Of a stretch of 64,000 nt of DNA, positions 9,568 to 19,319 are shown in pieces. Below the pieces are notes generated by a model, which saw only the letters and a program-made list of their open reading frames with translations, was not told the origin of the DNA and did not search any database. The DNA comes from an uncultured Alphaproteobacteria bacterium (GTDB lineage: Bacteria; Pseudomonadota; Alphaproteobacteria; CAVTAV01), in assembly GCA_963822835.1 (NCBI GenBank), contig CAWGIZ010000012.1, positions 703 through 64,702 on the forward strand, given 5' to 3'. A program made the translations under genes and the position numbers. Positions within the stretch are counted from its first letter, which is position 1, and every line of letters starts with the position of its first letter.

Positions 9568-11088
9568 ATGAAACGTAGAGATCTGTTGAAATCCGCCGTG
9601 GGCGGCTCCGTCGTGCCGGTTCTCGCCAACGGGCCACAATCCGCTCCGCGACGGCCGGGACGCGCGCGCCGCCCCGACGGCGAGGAGATGCCGAACGTCC
9701 TCTGGATTTGCACGGATCAGCAACGATTCGACACGATCCAGGAATTCAACAACGCCTATATTCAGACGCCAAACCTGCTGCGCCTGATGGAGCAGTCCAC
9801 CACCTTCACCCACGCTTTTGTGCAGGCCCCGGTCTGTACCCCTTCGCGTGCGAGTTTTCTTACCGGCCGCTATCCCAGGACAACGGGCGCCTGCTCCAAC
9901 GGGCAGCGCATCAACGAGCGGGAGCGGCTTGTTCCGCGCATCCTGGCCGACTATGGTTACGAGTGCGGTCTGTCCGGCAAGCTTCACCTCTCTCCGGTCG
10001 CGGGCGGCCGGCCGGAGAACAGGATTGACGACGGCTACAGCCAGTTCTGGTGGAGTCACGACATCGCCGACATATGGCCCGGCAAGAACATGTGGCATGA
10101 GTGGTTGCGGTCGGAGGGCGTCGAATGGCCCAAGCCCCCACCCGATACTCCGGCCTGGGGCGTGCCCCTCGATCCGAAGTATATGCAGACGGCGTGGTGC
10201 TGCGACAAGGCCATTCAATTCATGCGCGAGCAGAACGGCTACGGGCCGTGGTTGATGTCAGTCAATATCTACCAGCCCCACCATCCGTTCTACCCGGCTC
10301 AGGAATATTACCGCCGGTACGATGCCGGCAAACTCCCATTGCCCTCCTACCAGGAGGGGGAGCTCGACAATAAGCCGCGCTACCAGCGGGGCGCCCATAC
10401 GGGCTCCTGGCGGAGCCATGAAATCTCCGGGCCCGAGGACGGCAACCATCGCCGGATCGCCGCGGCCTACTACGCGATGGTGGAACAATGCGACCACGAC
10501 ATCGGCCGGGTCCTCGATGCGCTGGAGGAGACGGGGCAATCGGAGAATACAGTGGTCGTCTTCATGAGCGACCATGGCGAGATGCTCGGCGATCACGGAA
10601 TCTATTTGAAGGGCCCGTTCTTCTACGATTGCGGCTTGCGGGTTCCGCTGATGATACGCTGGCCGAAGCGTTACAAAGCGGGGCAGAAGATCGACGCGCT
10701 AGTGGAGATGGTCGACGTAGCGCCAACGATCCTTGAGGCGGCGGGCATCCCTCCGGAACCGGGGATGCAGGGACGTTCCCTCACTTCGCTGCTCGAAGGC
10801 CGCGCAAGCGCGCACCGCGACTCCGTATACATGGAGAACTACAACCCCGGGACGAGGAATAACGGTCCAACTTACGCCACGGCCATACGCACCGAAACGC
10901 ACAAGTTGGCCGTTTATCATACGCTGGATGACGGCGAGCTCTACGATCTCACAAGAGACCCCGGCGAGCACAACAACCTGTGGCGGGACCCGAATTCGCG
11001 AGACGTACGCGAACAGCTTCTAACGAAACTCACTCACAGGATGGCGGATACCGTCGATCCGCTGCCAACCAAGAACGCCCCCTGGTGA
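9568..11088 (+). CDS. Cys-type sulfatase (arylsulfatase A family) with Tat signal
   Basis: MKRRDLLKSAVGG signal. LWICTDQQRFD metal-binding block. FGly motif CTPSRASFLTGRYP. VVFMSDHGEMLGDHG. Intact. Confidence 0.85.
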   Translation: MKRRDLLKSAVGGSVVPVLANGPQSAPRRPGRARRPDGEEMPNVLWICTDQQRFDTIQEFNNAYIQTPNLLRLMEQSTTFTHAFVQAPVCTPSRASFLTGRYPRTTGACSNGQRINERERLVPRILADYGYECGLSGKLHLSPVAGGRPENRIDDGYSQFWWSHDIADIWPGKNMWHEWLRSEGVEWPKPPPDTPAWGVPLDPKYMQTAWCCDKAIQFMREQNGYGPWLMSVNIYQPHHPFYPAQEYYRRYDAGKLPLPSYQEGELDNKPRYQRGAHTGSWRSHEISGPEDGNHRRIAAAYYAMVEQCDHDIGRVLDALEETGQSENTVVVFMSDHGEMLGDHGIYLKGPFFYDCGLRVPLMIRWPKRYKAGQKIDALVEMVDVAPTILEAAGIPPEPGMQGRSLTSLLEGRASAHRDSVYMENYNPGTRNNGPTYATAIRTETHKLAVYHTLDDGELYDLTRDPGEHNNLWRDPNSRDVREQLLTKLTHRMADTVDPLPTKNAPW

Positions 11089-11125
11089 TTCGATCTTCAC
11101 GCTCTTGAGACAGTAGCGGCGGAAG

Positions 11126-12145
11126 CTATTTCGTCACCGGCGGGTAGTCCTCGCTGTAGTTGTTGCGCTCGTTCAAGATCGTGAACGAGCCGTCGGCATG
11201 GGCGGTCAGCTTGAACGAGTGGCCGGCGCCGTTCTCCTCGAGGTTGGCGATATATTTCTCCGGCGAGTTCGCGCTGTCGCCTGCGTCAACCGCGTAGTGA
11301 AGCTGCCAGAGGCCTTTCATCCGGGGCGAGTCCCTGATGATGTCCATGGCGCCGGCCGCGCCGCCCTTCTTGGCGCCGTTGTTCATCACCGCGGCTCGAG
11401 GGTTCATGGCGTGGACAATCGCCGCCGGTCCCGACGCGGTGAGCCCATGGTGGGTCGTGAGGTAGACGTCGGCCTCGCCGATCTTATTGTTCGGACAAGC
11501 CAGCGCCAACTCGAAGTTCCAGGTGAGGTCCGCCAGGTCGACAAATCGGAATTTCCCGTAGGTCACCACGATCCCGATGGACTTGCCGTTCTCGCTCTTG
11601 TCTTCCGGTTTCGGCGGCGTATCGGCGCACAGCGGATTCTGAGCTCCGGCCCCAGGGAGCGGAGAGGACAGCACCTCTCCACGAGCCGCGACAACGTCGA
11701 CCTGCACGCCCTCGATCGGAATGCGGTCGCCGGGCGTTACGACGATGTGATGGGCCTTATCGCGGAGATCGTAGTACGGGGCGGCCAAGTCCGTTCTGCC
11801 AGGGCGGCTGGGTTCGGTACTCTGCCCATGATCGACGTAGTTCACAATCTTGATCCGTTCGGCCAGCGGCGGGACGCCACCCACGTGGTCCGCGTGATAG
11901 TGCGTCAGCAATAAATAGTCGATCTGGCTCAAGCCCGCTGAGTTTGCGGCGTCCGAAATCCGGCCGGCGTCGCGGCCGTCAAAGCCCGGCCATCCGGCAT
12001 CGACCAAGATCGACTTGCCTGAAGGAGAAACCAGCAGAGTCGCCTGCCCCCCTTCGACATCGATAAAATAAATGGTCAACTCGCCGGAAGCAGCCATTAG
12101 TGGGAGAGCGCAGAGCGCAAGGAGCAAGGCAATCAGGGTCCGCAT
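11126..12145 (-). CDS. secreted MBL-fold metallo-hydrolase (ComEC-type beta-lactamase domain)
   Basis: Signal peptide MRTLIALLLALCALPLMAAS. LLLTHYHADHVGG (HxHxDH). Intact 339 aa. Confidence 0.75.
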   Translation of the reverse strand: MRTLIALLLALCALPLMAASGELTIYFIDVEGGQATLLVSPSGKSILVDAGWPGFDGRDAGRISDAANSAGLSQIDYLLLTHYHADHVGGVPPLAERIKIVNYVDHGQSTEPSRPGRTDLAAPYYDLRDKAHHIVVTPGDRIPIEGVQVDVVAARGEVLSSPLPGAGAQNPLCADTPPKPEDKSENGKSIGIVVTYGKFRFVDLADLTWNFELALACPNNKIGEADVYLTTHHGLTASGPAAIVHAMNPRAAVMNNGAKKGGAAGAMDIIRDSPRMKGLWQLHYAVDAGDSANSPEKYIANLEENGAGHSFKLTAHADGSFTILNERNNYSEDYPPVTK

Positions 12146-12277
12146 AATCCGAATCTATCACAGAAACCGAGCTTCGTTTTCTACTGGTCTTCCGGCTACG
12201 ATGGAGGTTCGCCGCCGGGATGGAACATTGGCTCGCGAATGCTCGTACAGCAGTGTAGGAACGTGAAATAGGACGAT

Positions 12278-12730
12278 ATGCCGTATTGCAGCAAATGCGG
12301 GACTGAAGTAGCGGGGACGGATCTCTACTGCGCCAGGTGCGGCGCGAGACAGCCGGTTGCGCCCGCCGCGAAGGCGCCATTCGGGGAGATGAGTTCCCGG
12401 AACGCTTCGCTATTGTGCTACATCCCGCTCGTGGGCTGGATCCCGGCGATCGTGGTGCTGGCGTCCGCGCGGTTCAAGCAGGATCGCGAAGCGCGCTTCC
12501 ACGCATTTCAGGGCCTCTATCTGTTTGTCGCGTGGCTGCTCACCGACTGGGCGATCGCCCCCTTCTTCCATTTCTCGTCCACCCACGTGGGTATCCCGCT
12601 AGTTGGAATTCTGAAGGGCGTTCTGATTGGCGTTTGGATCTTCATGATCGTCAAGACGAGCAAGAACGAGACATTTCACCTGCCGATTCTGGGCGAGTTA
12701 GCCGAGCGCTCGATAAGCGAGCAGCGTTAG
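12278..12730 (+). CDS. zinc-ribbon membrane protein (DUF4870-like)
   Basis: N-terminal CSKCG..(12)..CARCG zinc ribbon followed by three hydrophobic helices. 150 aa. Confidence 0.5.
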   Translation: MPYCSKCGTEVAGTDLYCARCGARQPVAPAAKAPFGEMSSRNASLLCYIPLVGWIPAIVVLASARFKQDREARFHAFQGLYLFVAWLLTDWAIAPFFHFSSTHVGIPLVGILKGVLIGVWIFMIVKTSKNETFHLPILGELAERSISEQR

Positions 12731-12757
12731 GTCTCCCGGCCTGCTTCAATAGGAGAA

Positions 12758-14860
12758 GTGCCTAAGCGCTTTCCCGCACGAATGCCCGGCCGTCTGCAGG
12801 TCCACCGGGACGGCTATGCTTTCGTGATCGCTTCCCGGGAACTGCCTGGCGTCGCGGGCGACATTTTCATCCCGCCCGACTCGCTCGGCACGGCCATGAA
12901 CGGCGACCAGGTGATGGTGAACATCGTGCGCCTGGGACGCGAGGGCCGCGCCGAGGGACGGGTCGTGAAAATACTCGACCGCGCCCATCCAACCGTCGTC
13001 GGCACCTTCCGGACTCGGCGCCGTGAGAACTATGTCGAGCCCTTCGACGGCCGCCTCCGGGATTGGATTCTCATTCCGGCAGGCATGGATACGCCCCCCT
13101 CGAGCCGGAATCCGGACCGGATTGGCGCGCCAGAGAGATCGGGGTCAAACGCCGAACTCGACGGTATGATCGTCAACGCAGAGATCCTCGAATTCCCGCG
13201 AGGCGGAAAAGGCCCCACTGGGAGGATCATTGAAGTACTCGGCAAGCCCGGCGACTTCGGCGTCGATGTTGAAATCGTCATCCGCAAGCACCACATTCCG
13301 CACCATTTTCCGCCCGAAGTCCTGAACGAAGCCCAACGGGTTCCAACTGTCATTCAAGAGTCCGATCTTGAGAGGCGCCAGGACTTTCGCGGCTACGACA
13401 CCGTCACCATCGACGGGGAGACGGCGCGGGATTTCGACGACGCTGTTTGGGTGGACCGGCTCGACAACGGCCATTTCGCCCTGCACGTTCACATAGCGGA
13501 CGTCAGTCACTATGTCCGCCCCGGCTCGCCGATTGATTTCGAAGCAGAACTGCGGGGCACGAGCGTCTACTTCCCCGACCGCGCGGTTCCAATGCTTCCG
13601 CTCGAACTCTCGACGGAAATCTGTTCCCTCAACCCGAACGCCGACCGGTTGACTCTGTCCGTTCTCCTGGAGTTCGACCGCCAAGGCGAGGTCTTATCCC
13701 AGAAGTTCACCCGTGGCGTCATACGCAGCGCCGGGCGCATGACCTACACCAACGTCAATCTGATTCTCGAAGGCGACGCCGGGTTGCGAGAGCGATACGG
13801 AGCACTCTCGGAACGGTTCGAGTTGATGAGGGAACTGGCTCTCATTCTGAACCGGGCGCGCTCCCGCCGGGGCTCGATCGACTTCGACCTGCCGGAGCCG
13901 CTCATCGAGTTCGACGAACTCGGTGAGATGACCGGCATCGGCCGCAGCCCGCGCAACATCGCCAACCGCATTGTCGAGGAGTTCATGCTGGCCGCGAATG
14001 AGGCCGTCGCGGTTCATCTTGAAGAGGCGGGGCTCGATATTCTCTACCGAATCCATGAACCGCCCGATCCGAGGCGCGTCTTCGCCTTCGAGGAAGTGGC
14101 CGCTGGCTTCGGGGTTTCGCTGGAGGTCCGCGGCCTGAAAGCGCGGGCCACGCCGAAGAGCGATCGCCTCAAGGGCGGCCGGCGCGCCCAAAAGGATGCC
14201 GCGAACTCCGCCGAAGGCATCAATATCACACCGCGGCACTATCAGAAGCTGATCCAGAAGATCGAAGGGAAGCCCGAGGAGCGCATCCTCACTTTCCTGA
14301 TGCTTCGCTCCCTCAAGCAGGCCCGCTATTGCGAGGAAAACCGGGGCCACTTCGCCCTCGCCTCGGCCGTATATACGCATTTCACTTCGCCGATCCGGCG
14401 CTACCCGGACCTCATCGTTCACCGGGTCCTCGGAGCGCTGCTCGATGGCCGCCGGAGCGGCTTCCGGCCCTCCAAGCTTCATCAACTCGCGACGGATTGC
14501 TCGGACTCCGAACGCCGCGCCGAAGAAGCCGAACGCGAGCTGGTCGAATGGAAAAAGGTGAATTTCATGGCCGGGCGCATCGGCGAGAACTTCCGGGCCC
14601 TCATCGTGAACACCGCCCCGTTTGGCTTCTTCGTCGAGCTCGAAGATCTCTTCGTCGAGGGATTGGTCCCGATCGAGACGCTTCCGGGCGAGCGTTGGGC
14701 TTACAACGAAACCACCCGCAAAATCGTCGCCTCCCGCACCCGCCAGAGCTTCGCCATCGGCGGCCGCCTCACGGTCCGGCTCGACCGCGTCGACGCGGTG
14801 GAGAGAAAGCTGAACTTCTCGGTGGTCCAGCCGGCTAGAAAATCGACCCGCAAGAAGTAG
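12758..14860 (+). CDS. rnr: ribonuclease R
   Basis: 700-aa intact ORF. RNB catalytic region (TIDGETARDFDDAVWV, YFPDRAVPMLP, HFTSPIRRYPDLIVHR) and a C-terminal S1 domain (FGFFVELEDLFVEGLVPI). Confidence 0.9.
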   Translation: MPKRFPARMPGRLQVHRDGYAFVIASRELPGVAGDIFIPPDSLGTAMNGDQVMVNIVRLGREGRAEGRVVKILDRAHPTVVGTFRTRRRENYVEPFDGRLRDWILIPAGMDTPPSSRNPDRIGAPERSGSNAELDGMIVNAEILEFPRGGKGPTGRIIEVLGKPGDFGVDVEIVIRKHHIPHHFPPEVLNEAQRVPTVIQESDLERRQDFRGYDTVTIDGETARDFDDAVWVDRLDNGHFALHVHIADVSHYVRPGSPIDFEAELRGTSVYFPDRAVPMLPLELSTEICSLNPNADRLTLSVLLEFDRQGEVLSQKFTRGVIRSAGRMTYTNVNLILEGDAGLRERYGALSERFELMRELALILNRARSRRGSIDFDLPEPLIEFDELGEMTGIGRSPRNIANRIVEEFMLAANEAVAVHLEEAGLDILYRIHEPPDPRRVFAFEEVAAGFGVSLEVRGLKARATPKSDRLKGGRRAQKDAANSAEGINITPRHYQKLIQKIEGKPEERILTFLMLRSLKQARYCEENRGHFALASAVYTHFTSPIRRYPDLIVHRVLGALLDGRRSGFRPSKLHQLATDCSDSERRAEEAERELVEWKKVNFMAGRIGENFRALIVNTAPFGFFVELEDLFVEGLVPIETLPGERWAYNETTRKIVASRTRQSFAIGGRLTVRLDRVDAVERKLNFSVVQPARKSTRKK

Positions 14861-14892
14861 CACATCTTTTTGTATCGTGCTACTATTCGGGC

Positions 14893-16908
14893 ATGGCCCA
14901 ATTCGGATACCCGGCTCGACTAATGGTGTTTTTGCTATTGGCGGCGCCGGCATGGTCCGATTCGCTACGGATCAAAGTGCTGGACCAACAAGGATCGGCG
15001 ATCCCCACGGCGAGAGTAACCCTAGGGGTTGGCGTGACACTCAGGCCCGGCGCGGACGGAACCCTGACAACCGAGGCCGCTCTGCCGGCAACGATTCGCG
15101 TCTCCGCCCCTGGTTTTTTGACATTCACGAAGACACTGGCGGCGGCGCCGGCGGACGAGATCGTCGTGGAGCTGCACCCGTCGCCAGTCTATTCCACCGT
15201 CGATGTCGTCGTGCGGCCCCACGAATTGGAAGTCGGCCCGGCGGTCGCCAATTCTATCGAGATCGGCCAAACCGGCGCACGCACCGTTTTCGACGCGGTG
15301 GACAAGCTGGTTCCGAGCGCCTTCGTGACCCGCCGGGGTGTCATGGGCTACGGCATCTCCACCAACGGAACGGGCGGTGTCAGCATTCGAGGTGTCGGCA
15401 ACTCTCCGAACACGGGCCTCCTCGTGGTCATCGACGGCCGGCCGGATTACATGGGCATGATGGGCCATCCGCTGCCGGATTTCTACAGCCTGACGGACGC
15501 CGAATCGGTCAGCGTCACGAAAGGTCCGGCGTCGGTCTTGTATGGCACCAACGCCATGGGCGGCGCTATCAATATCAAGCCCGCCGATCCGGTCGAGCGA
15601 TTCCAGACGGAGCTGTCCGCCAGCTTGGGCTCTTACTGGACCGGGCAGTACCGCTTGAAGCACGGCGGCGGCTTCCCAAAATGGTTCTACAACGTCACTA
15701 GCGGTGTCGACCATACGAACGGCGACCGCCCGGTATCCCATTTCCGGAATCAGGACGGCTCAGTGGCTATCGGATACACGCTGTCAAGCGTATGGCGCAC
15801 TTCGTTGCGGGGCCGGTACGGGCACTTCGTGGTGGAGGACCCGGGCGTCGTGGGCCTCGGTCCCGGCCCCTGGGCCAGCGTCGGAAGAGGCGGGTTCAGT
15901 TGGAACGCCGACAATTCCGGCGACAGGGTCTGGGGCAGCACCCGCGTATTCGGGAGTTGGGGACACCACCACATCGACGATGGTTGGCGCTCGAACGACC
16001 GCACCGTGGGCGGCCGCGTACACCAGAATATTCTGCTCGCCCCGACGCTGCTGCTCGATGCGGGCGGCGACCTGGCGGACTATGGTGGAGTTGGAAGGAA
16101 CGTCAACGCCGGCGTCGACTACGGCCGGCGCTACGGCACATCGGCCGCGGGCTTCTCCCGTCTGCACTGGACACCGGGCCGGCGCATCCACCTCAATACC
16201 GGTTTGCGGACCGAGCATAACAGCATATTCGGATGGGTCACCGTCCCTGAATTCGGCGCCTCGATTGGTTTGACTGAGGGCTATTCGCTGAATTTCAACG
16301 TCGCCCGCGGATTCCGGAACCCCACCATTCGCGAACTCTACCTGTTCCCGGCGCCTAACCCCAACCTGCAGCCGGAACATATGTGGAATTACCAGGCCAC
16401 CTTGCTGCTACAGCCGGCGAAGGCGCTTTCGGCGTCTCTGACTGCGTATTACGCGGATCTCGATAACATGATCGTCACCACCGGGCGCTGGCCGAACCTG
16501 GCGCTCAATAACGCGGGCAAGACCCTGAACCGCGGTGTCGAAGCCGACGCACGCTGGCGTATTGGCCGGCGTTTCTCGATCCGCGGCGGCTACGCCTGGC
16601 TGCGATCGACGAATCTGGCGCCCTACATCCCGGCGCACAAAGCGACATACGCCCTTGAGGTCAACTTGCGACGGGCGTTCCTCTACATCGGCGGAGTTAC
16701 GGTGAGCAACCGCTGGGCCGACACCTCCAAGACTACCGAGCTTTCCGGCTACACCCTCCCCACGCTGAAGATCGTGGCCCCGGTGAACAGGCGGCTGGAG
16801 GTATTCGCCACGGTCGATAATCTCTCAAACTCCAGCTATGAGGTCATAACGGGCTACCCGATGCCTGGCGTGAACGCCGCCGGTGGCCTAACATTGAAGT
16901 TCAGATGA
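14893..16908 (+). CDS. TonB-dependent outer-membrane receptor with N-terminal carboxypeptidase-regulatory-like domain
   Basis: Signal peptide. Plug-domain blocks GVSIRGVGNSPNTGLLVVIDGRP and VTKGPASVLYGTNAMGGAINIKP. C-terminal aromatic residue (..LTLKF + R). Intact 671 aa. Confidence 0.85.
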   Translation: MAQFGYPARLMVFLLLAAPAWSDSLRIKVLDQQGSAIPTARVTLGVGVTLRPGADGTLTTEAALPATIRVSAPGFLTFTKTLAAAPADEIVVELHPSPVYSTVDVVVRPHELEVGPAVANSIEIGQTGARTVFDAVDKLVPSAFVTRRGVMGYGISTNGTGGVSIRGVGNSPNTGLLVVIDGRPDYMGMMGHPLPDFYSLTDAESVSVTKGPASVLYGTNAMGGAINIKPADPVERFQTELSASLGSYWTGQYRLKHGGGFPKWFYNVTSGVDHTNGDRPVSHFRNQDGSVAIGYTLSSVWRTSLRGRYGHFVVEDPGVVGLGPGPWASVGRGGFSWNADNSGDRVWGSTRVFGSWGHHHIDDGWRSNDRTVGGRVHQNILLAPTLLLDAGGDLADYGGVGRNVNAGVDYGRRYGTSAAGFSRLHWTPGRRIHLNTGLRTEHNSIFGWVTVPEFGASIGLTEGYSLNFNVARGFRNPTIRELYLFPAPNPNLQPEHMWNYQATLLLQPAKALSASLTAYYADLDNMIVTTGRWPNLALNNAGKTLNRGVEADARWRIGRRFSIRGGYAWLRSTNLAPYIPAHKATYALEVNLRRAFLYIGGVTVSNRWADTSKTTELSGYTLPTLKIVAPVNRRLEVFATVDNLSNSSYEVITGYPMPGVNAAGGLTLKFR

Positions 16909-17429
16909 GGCGGCCCCCCCGGTTGCGAACGATGGTGGTGAGTGGGGCTCTTGCGGCTCTGGCGCTGGTGCTGCCGGTTGCATTCCACGCGGTGGGTCTT
17001 GGGAGCCATTTCCTGCCGATGTTCCTGCCCTTGCTGCTGAACAGTTTCCTGTCGGCTCCCGGCTGGGCGGTTGGGACGGCGCTTCTGGTCCCGTGGATTT
17101 CGGCGCTCGCGACGGGGATGCCTCCGCTCTATCCGCCAGTGGCCGCGCTGGTATCCGTGGAGGCCGGGGCGATGTGCGCGGTGGCCGCTCTTCTCTGGAG
17201 GGGCCGGCGCAAGCTTTGGCTCGCCCTGATCCCCGCTGTCCTGGCGGGCCGGCTGGCGGGTTTTCTACTCACTTGGACGGTCGCCCAATTCTTTGCGCTT
17301 CCGCCGGCGCTTACGGCGGCTGCCCGGATTGTGCAGGGCCTTCCCGGCGTCGCGCTGCAGTTGACGGTAATTCCCATTGTCCTTCGCCTGTTGTCCGCCC
17401 GTCCCACGGCCCTCTTCAGCGATGACTGA
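16905..17429 (+). CDS. ECF-transporter S-component-like membrane protein
   Basis: 174 aa with ~6 hydrophobic helices. The pattern FLPMFLPLLLNSFL..GMPPLYPP..VEAGAMCAVAALLW resembles PF12822-type S components. Its start overlaps the receptor stop (ATGA). Confidence 0.5.
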   Translation: MRRPPRLRTMVVSGALAALALVLPVAFHAVGLGSHFLPMFLPLLLNSFLSAPGWAVGTALLVPWISALATGMPPLYPPVAALVSVEAGAMCAVAALLWRGRRKLWLALIPAVLAGRLAGFLLTWTVAQFFALPPALTAAARIVQGLPGVALQLTVIPIVLRLLSARPTALFSDD

Positions 17430-18033
17430 GCTGAACAAGCGAAGTTACTTCAATGATCTCGCCCCCCGGTGGGACGCCATTCCCCGGCCGCCCGATATGG
17501 CCGATCGCGTACGGGCTTTCTGCCGGCGGGCCTGCAAGGCAAACCCCGGACGAGTGCTCGACGCCGGTTCCGGCACAGGGTTACTCGCGCCACATCTCCT
17601 CGGGGGCGGCTCCCCGCTGGAGTTGTTGCTGGAAACGGATTTCGCTTTCGAAATGCTGGAGGAAAGCCGGCGCAAGCTTCCCGGCGGCCCGATATCCCGG
17701 GTCTGCGCCGACGTGCTGCGTTTGCCTTTTCCCGATGAGCAATTCGACGCCGTGCTCTGCTTCGGAATCCTGCCTCACCTAGGCGACCCCCGGCGCGCCC
17801 TGATGGCTCTGTTCCGGGTGGCGCGGCCGGGCGGCACACTGGCCATTGGCCACCTGATGGGCAGCGAGCAACTGAATGCCATGCACCGGAAGATCGGCGG
17901 GCCGGTTGGCGGCGACACGCTGCCCCCGGCCGCTGAACTCGCCGCCATTCTGGCAAGTCTGGGTGGCGCTGCAATCGAGGCCGGCGACCATCCCGAGGGC
18001 TACTTCATAAGCGCCCGCAAGGAGATTCGGTGA
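17422..18033 (+). CDS. class I SAM-dependent methyltransferase
   Basis: Motif I VLDAGSGTGLL. Post-I/II blocks DAVLCFGILPHL and ARPGGTLAI. 8-nt overlap with the upstream gene. Confidence 0.75.
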   Translation: MTELNKRSYFNDLAPRWDAIPRPPDMADRVRAFCRRACKANPGRVLDAGSGTGLLAPHLLGGGSPLELLLETDFAFEMLEESRRKLPGGPISRVCADVLRLPFPDEQFDAVLCFGILPHLGDPRRALMALFRVARPGGTLAIGHLMGSEQLNAMHRKIGGPVGGDTLPPAAELAAILASLGGAAIEAGDHPEGYFISARKEIR

Positions 18034-18581
18034 CGGCTTTGCGGCTCCCGGCGGCGCTCGCTCTGTTTTCATTGTGTGTGCTCCTCATCGTTTCCACCGG
18101 CGGCGTCTGGACCGCGGCGCTCGGAGGCTTATCGCTCGCGGCGCATTTTCTGGTGGTCGGCAGCCTGCGACGGGCTCTGATTGCGCTGTGGCCGGTCGTG
18201 TTCTTTGCCGTGGTTCTGGTACTACTTCAATGGGCTGGAGGCACCATCCGGTTGGAGCTTCCGGTCAAAACCGTCGGGGTCTTCGCCTTTGTCTCCGCGG
18301 CCATCCGGCTTCTCCCGTGGGGAAGATGGACCCGCCGGTTTCGTCCCGGCAGCGCTTTCTACGCGCCGGTGCTATTTCTAATGATCGTGATGCACTTCGT
18401 CGCGGTTCTCCGCGCTGAAGCCAGAAGGGCCCTCGTGGCCCGCAATATCGCGGCGCCAATGCGTTGCAGGCCGGGCTGGTATCGCTCGCTCGCCTGGGCC
18501 ATGGCCGGCATTCTGCGACGGACTCTCGAAAGGGCCGAACGTTTCTACGCGGCCCAGAGCTTGCGGGGACTGGACGCGTGA
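18030..18581 (+). CDS. short ECF T-component (CbiQ/BioN-like) membrane protein
   Basis: 183 aa, 4-5 helices, with Arg-rich coupling-helix-like segments (RAEARRALVARNIAA, RRTLERAERFYAAQSLRG). GTGA overlaps on both sides. Confidence 0.5.
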   Translation: MTALRLPAALALFSLCVLLIVSTGGVWTAALGGLSLAAHFLVVGSLRRALIALWPVVFFAVVLVLLQWAGGTIRLELPVKTVGVFAFVSAAIRLLPWGRWTRRFRPGSAFYAPVLFLMIVMHFVAVLRAEARRALVARNIAAPMRCRPGWYRSLAWAMAGILRRTLERAERFYAAQSLRGLDA

Positions 18582-19266
18582 TTCCGGTTCTCGAAGTCGG
18601 ACATCTCTCCTATGCCTACGACGATGGCCGACCGGTCTTGCGCGATGTGAGCTTCGTGATGGGCCCGGAGAAAAAATAGGCATAGCGGGCGCCAACGGGG
18701 CGGGTAAAAGCACTCTGCTCTGGTGCCTGATGGGCCTTCGACGGGCGAACGGCGCGGTGCGCATCCTCGGTCAACCGGCGCGCTCGGTCCGGGACCGCGT
18801 AGGCGTCGTGTTTCAAAATCCGGAAGACATGCTCTTCATGCCGGCGCTGCTTCAGGACATCACCCTTCCCTTGTTGAACCGCGGGCTCGATGCGGCGGAA
18901 GCCGAGCGTAAAGCTTTGCAAACATTGGCGCTGATGGATCTCGAAGCCTACGCCGGCGTCCCTGCCAGCCACCTGAGTCTCGGGCTTCGGAAACGGGCCG
19001 CCATCGCCGCGGCCCTGGCCACCGAACCCGAGTTGCTGGTGCTCGACGAGCCCACGGCCGAACTCGACGGACGTTCCGTCCGCCGATTGTCCGAGTACTT
19101 GCGTCAGATCTCCATTCCGTACCTCATCACCAGCCACAATCTCGAGTTCCTCCGGGGCGTCACTTCCCGCCTGATCGTGCTGATCGACGGAACTCCGCAA
19201 GCCGACGCCTCCACCGCCGAAATTCTGGCCGATACGGCGCTTCTGGAGCGCGCGGCGCTAATCTGA
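18578..19266 (+). CDS. ECF/ABC transporter ATPase; frame broken inside an A6 run (18671-18676) just before Walker A
   Basis: VIPVLEVGHLSYAYDDGRPVLRDVSFVMGPEKK reads into a stop, and the +1 frame then gives IGIAGANGAGKSTLL (Walker A). The signature is LSLGLRKR and Walker B is LLVLDEPTAELD. Confidence 0.8.
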
Positions 19267-19319
19267 CCCGATAACCCTGTTGAAAATGGTGGATTCTGAC
19301 GATTAAGGGTTCGTCAACT

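Noticed and set aside
13694-14953. 419-aa ORF antisense to rnr
   Set aside because: It lies entirely opposite a well-supported gene. It is Arg/Ala/Gly/Pro-rich with no motifs. Long antisense ORFs of this kind are typical of high-GC DNA.
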